DNA from: Leucoraja erinacea
Lineage: Eukaryota
NCBI RefSeq assembly: GCF_028641065.1
Contig: NC_073404.1
Coordinates: 13,144,001-13,208,000 of the forward strand
Direction: 5' to 3'
Length of the DNA stretch: 64,000 bases
The notes beneath the pieces are model-generated. The model searched no databases. It saw only the letters and a program-made list of their open reading frames with translations, and had not been told where the DNA came from. Positions 61,600-64,000 of this stretch are shown here, piece by piece. A program made the position numbers and the translations under genes. The first letter of the stretch is position 1. Each line of letters opens with the position of its first letter.

Positions 61600-62206
61600 C
61601 ACCCTGCACCCACAGCACCCTACACGCTGGAACCGTCCGCTCCCCCGGTCCCGCCAAGCCCTATTTGTGAATGAAGCGGCTGCCCGCGGGCTGCACCATC
61701 CTGGCCCAGCTCGGGGTTTGTGGGAGTGGGGCCAAAAAGAGGGGAAAAAGACTGCGGCGCCTTATCGGCGGGGAGCCGGCAATTGCGACCCCCTCCTCCC
61801 TCGCCCAGTGTACGAGAACCGAGCGGCGGCAGCTTGAATGGATATTTTTTTGGGGAGGGAGGAGGGTGGTATTGACATGGAAAGGTGCGTGACTCCCCCT
61901 CCCCCCTGCAGTGTTGCGCTCCGCGCTGGATACATTCAGCCGCTCCGGAGAGAAGCGGCGGCGGCGCCGGCACCGGGACAGGGGGAGCGGAGGAGCCCGC
62001 ACCGGGTGGAGCGGGGCCGGGAGCGAAGGAGCAGAGACTGGAACCGGGGGAGCCGGGAGCGGTGTTGAGGACGGAGGGAGAACTGCGAGAAGCAGCGAAG
62101 CCTGGGCTGAAGGAGCGGGTCCCGGGCAGCGGAGCCCGGAGCTGAAGAGCTCGGAGTCCGGAGCGAAGGCAGCGGCTGAGGCTGTGCTCCGGACCGGCTC
62201 TCGGAC
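61600..62206 (+). promoter_or_regulatory. UNC119 CpG island, promoter and GC-rich 5' UTR
   Basis: Very CpG- and GC-rich segment directly upstream of the UNC119 start. Confidence 0.7.
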
Positions 62207-62378
62207 ATGAGTTTCTCGGGCACCAGGACCCTGAGCAGCGCCGCCCAGAAAGCCGAGGCGGTCGTGATGAAGGTGAAGTCGGCGCCGGAGGGGGTGTGGG
62301 CGACCACCGAGGAGGAGCTGCTGAAGAAGGAGAGCGTGACCCCGGACGACGTGCTGGGGCTACAGAGAATCACCCAGG
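62207..62378 (+). CDS. UNC119: Protein unc-119 homolog A, exon 1 (gene continues beyond the window)
   Basis: MSFSGTRTLSSAAQKAEAVVMKVKSAPEGVWATTEEELLKKESVTPDDVLGLQRITQ then G|gtgagg. MKVK and P.DVLGLQRIT match UNC119 exon 1, and the gene is syntenic with PIGS. Confidence 0.9.
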
Positions 62379-62689
62379 GTGAGGAGTGCGGGCCGGGGAC
62401 TGGCCCCCGGGACACAGGGCGAACGGGGGCCGTCACTCGGTGGGGAGACCAGGGTTAGTCCAACCGTGCTGGGCACGGGCTCGGGCTCAAGCGGGTCAGC
62501 TCAGGGCGGCACTGGTGGGACGAGGCTAAGGAACAGCTCGAAAGAACCAGGTGTAAGATTCTGAAGGGTTGTAGGGCAAAAAAATAATAATACTAAAGCA
62601 CAGACGCCCCCTGACTGAATAACACTGAGGTACAGTACTGGTGGGGACATGTCTGTCACTGTATAACACTGGGGTACAGTATAGTCATG

Positions 62690-63635
62690 GAATCATACCA
62701 TGTGGATTCAGGCCCTTTGGCCCTACTAGTCCATGCCAACCAAGAAGTCCTACAGTAATCTCGCCACCTTTGGCCCATTTCCCTCTAAACCTTCACAAGT
62801 TATAGGGGTAGAATTAGGTCATTTGGCCAATCGAGTCTACTCCACCATTCAATCATGGCTGATCTCTGCCTCCTAATCCCATTTTACTGCCTTCTCCCCA
62901 TAAGGCTTGACGCCCGTTGTAATCAGGAATGTGTCTATCTCTTCCTATCCATGTACTTGTCCAAAATGTTTTTTTAAATGTTGTTGTTGCACCTGCCTCA
63001 ACTACTTCCTCTGGCAGCTGAATCCATATCCCACCACCCTCTGTGTGGAGAAAATTGCCCCTCAGGTTCCTATTAAATGTTTCCCTTCTAACTTTAAACC
63101 TCTGTTTTCTGGTTCTTCATTCCTCTACCCTGTGTAGAAGACAATGCGTTCACCCTTTCTATTGCCCTCATGATCTTATACACCTCTATAAGATCACCCC
63201 CCAGCCTTGTGCGCTCGAAGGGATAAAGTCCAAGTCTGCCCATTCTCTCCCCATAGCTCAGGCTCTTGTGTTACCTTGCAACATCCTCGTAAATCTTCTC
63301 TGCACTTTTCCCAGCTTAATGCCATCCTTGCTATAGCAGTGTGACCAAAACTGAACACAATACTCCACATGTGGCCCCACCAATATATTGTACAACTGCA
63401 ACATAACTGCCCACTCCTATACTCGACTAACGAAAGCCAATGCACCGAAAGCTGCCTTAAGTTTGAGGCGACATTCAGGGAGTCATGTACCTGTACTCTT
63501 AGATCTCACTGCTCTACAACACTCACCAGAGCCCTGCCATCTATTCTGAAAGTCCTGCCCTGCTTTGACTTACCAAGATCCAACACCTTGCACTTATCTG
63601 CACTAAACTCTATTTGCTATTCCTCAGCCCATTTG
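62690..63635 (-). mobile_element. CR1 LINE fragment(s) in UNC119 intron 1
   Basis: CR1 RT and 3' UTR motifs in reverse (ccaaaactgaacacaatactcc, gatcttatacacctctataagatcacccc). Confidence 0.8.
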
Positions 63636-63809
63636 GCCAGCAGTTCACTGTATAACACTGGAATACAGTACTGGTGGGGATGGGTCTGTCTCTATAACAC
63701 TGGGGTACAGTTCTGGTGGGGACAGGTCTGTACCGGTGGATTACAAAATCAATAAGCACAATACTCATACAAGTAAACCTGTAGTTAATTATTGTAACCA
63801 ATTATTACA

Positions 63810-64000
63810 GAATAATGAAAGGCATAGATAGAGAGGATGTGGAAAGGATGTTTCCACTGGTGGGAGAGTCTAGGACCAGAGGTCATGACCTCAGAATTAA
63901 AGGGCACTCTTTTAGAAAGGAGGTGAGTAAGAATTTCTTTAGTCTGAGGGTAGTTAATCTGTGGAACTCATTGCCACAGAGGGCTGTGGAGGCCAAGTCA
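63810..64000 (+). mobile_element. CR1 LINE fragment (truncated by the window end)
   Basis: gatgtggaaaggatgtttccactggtgggagagtctaggaccagaggtca... Confidence 0.8.

Noticed and set aside
61868-61886. RFX X-box-like attgacatggaaag upstream of UNC119
   Set aside because: Too many mismatches to the GTTGCCATGGCAAC consensus to support without conservation data.

Overview
Vertebrate genomic DNA, most likely from a cartilaginous fish (skate/ray-like repeats: tRNA-derived V-SINE/HE1-like SINEs with CR1/HER1-type tails, DeuSINE remnants, Penelope-derived elements). Four multi-exon genes lie on the + strand in the order known from human 17q11.2: the last 6 exons of SPAG5, a complete ALDOC (374 aa, with an expanded acidic C-terminal tail), a complete PIGS (559 aa, 11 coding exons, one apparently fused) and exon 1 of UNC119. 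Exon boundaries were read by hand from GT-AG sites and reading-frame continuity. Most ORF-track entries are repeat noise. The most striking non-genic signal is a high-copy family of short Penelope-associated elements. They carry a minimal hammerhead-ribozyme-like motif (CUGAnGA-A-stemII-GAAA-CG-UH), often form long palindromes and are often flanked by 10-17 bp target-site duplications. A Penelope GIY-YIG endonuclease remnant is also present. Other insertions include a solo LTR, a PIF/Harbinger-type MITE and a Tx1/L1-like element, each with a clear target-site duplication. No database searches were run, so family names come from recognition of the sequence.
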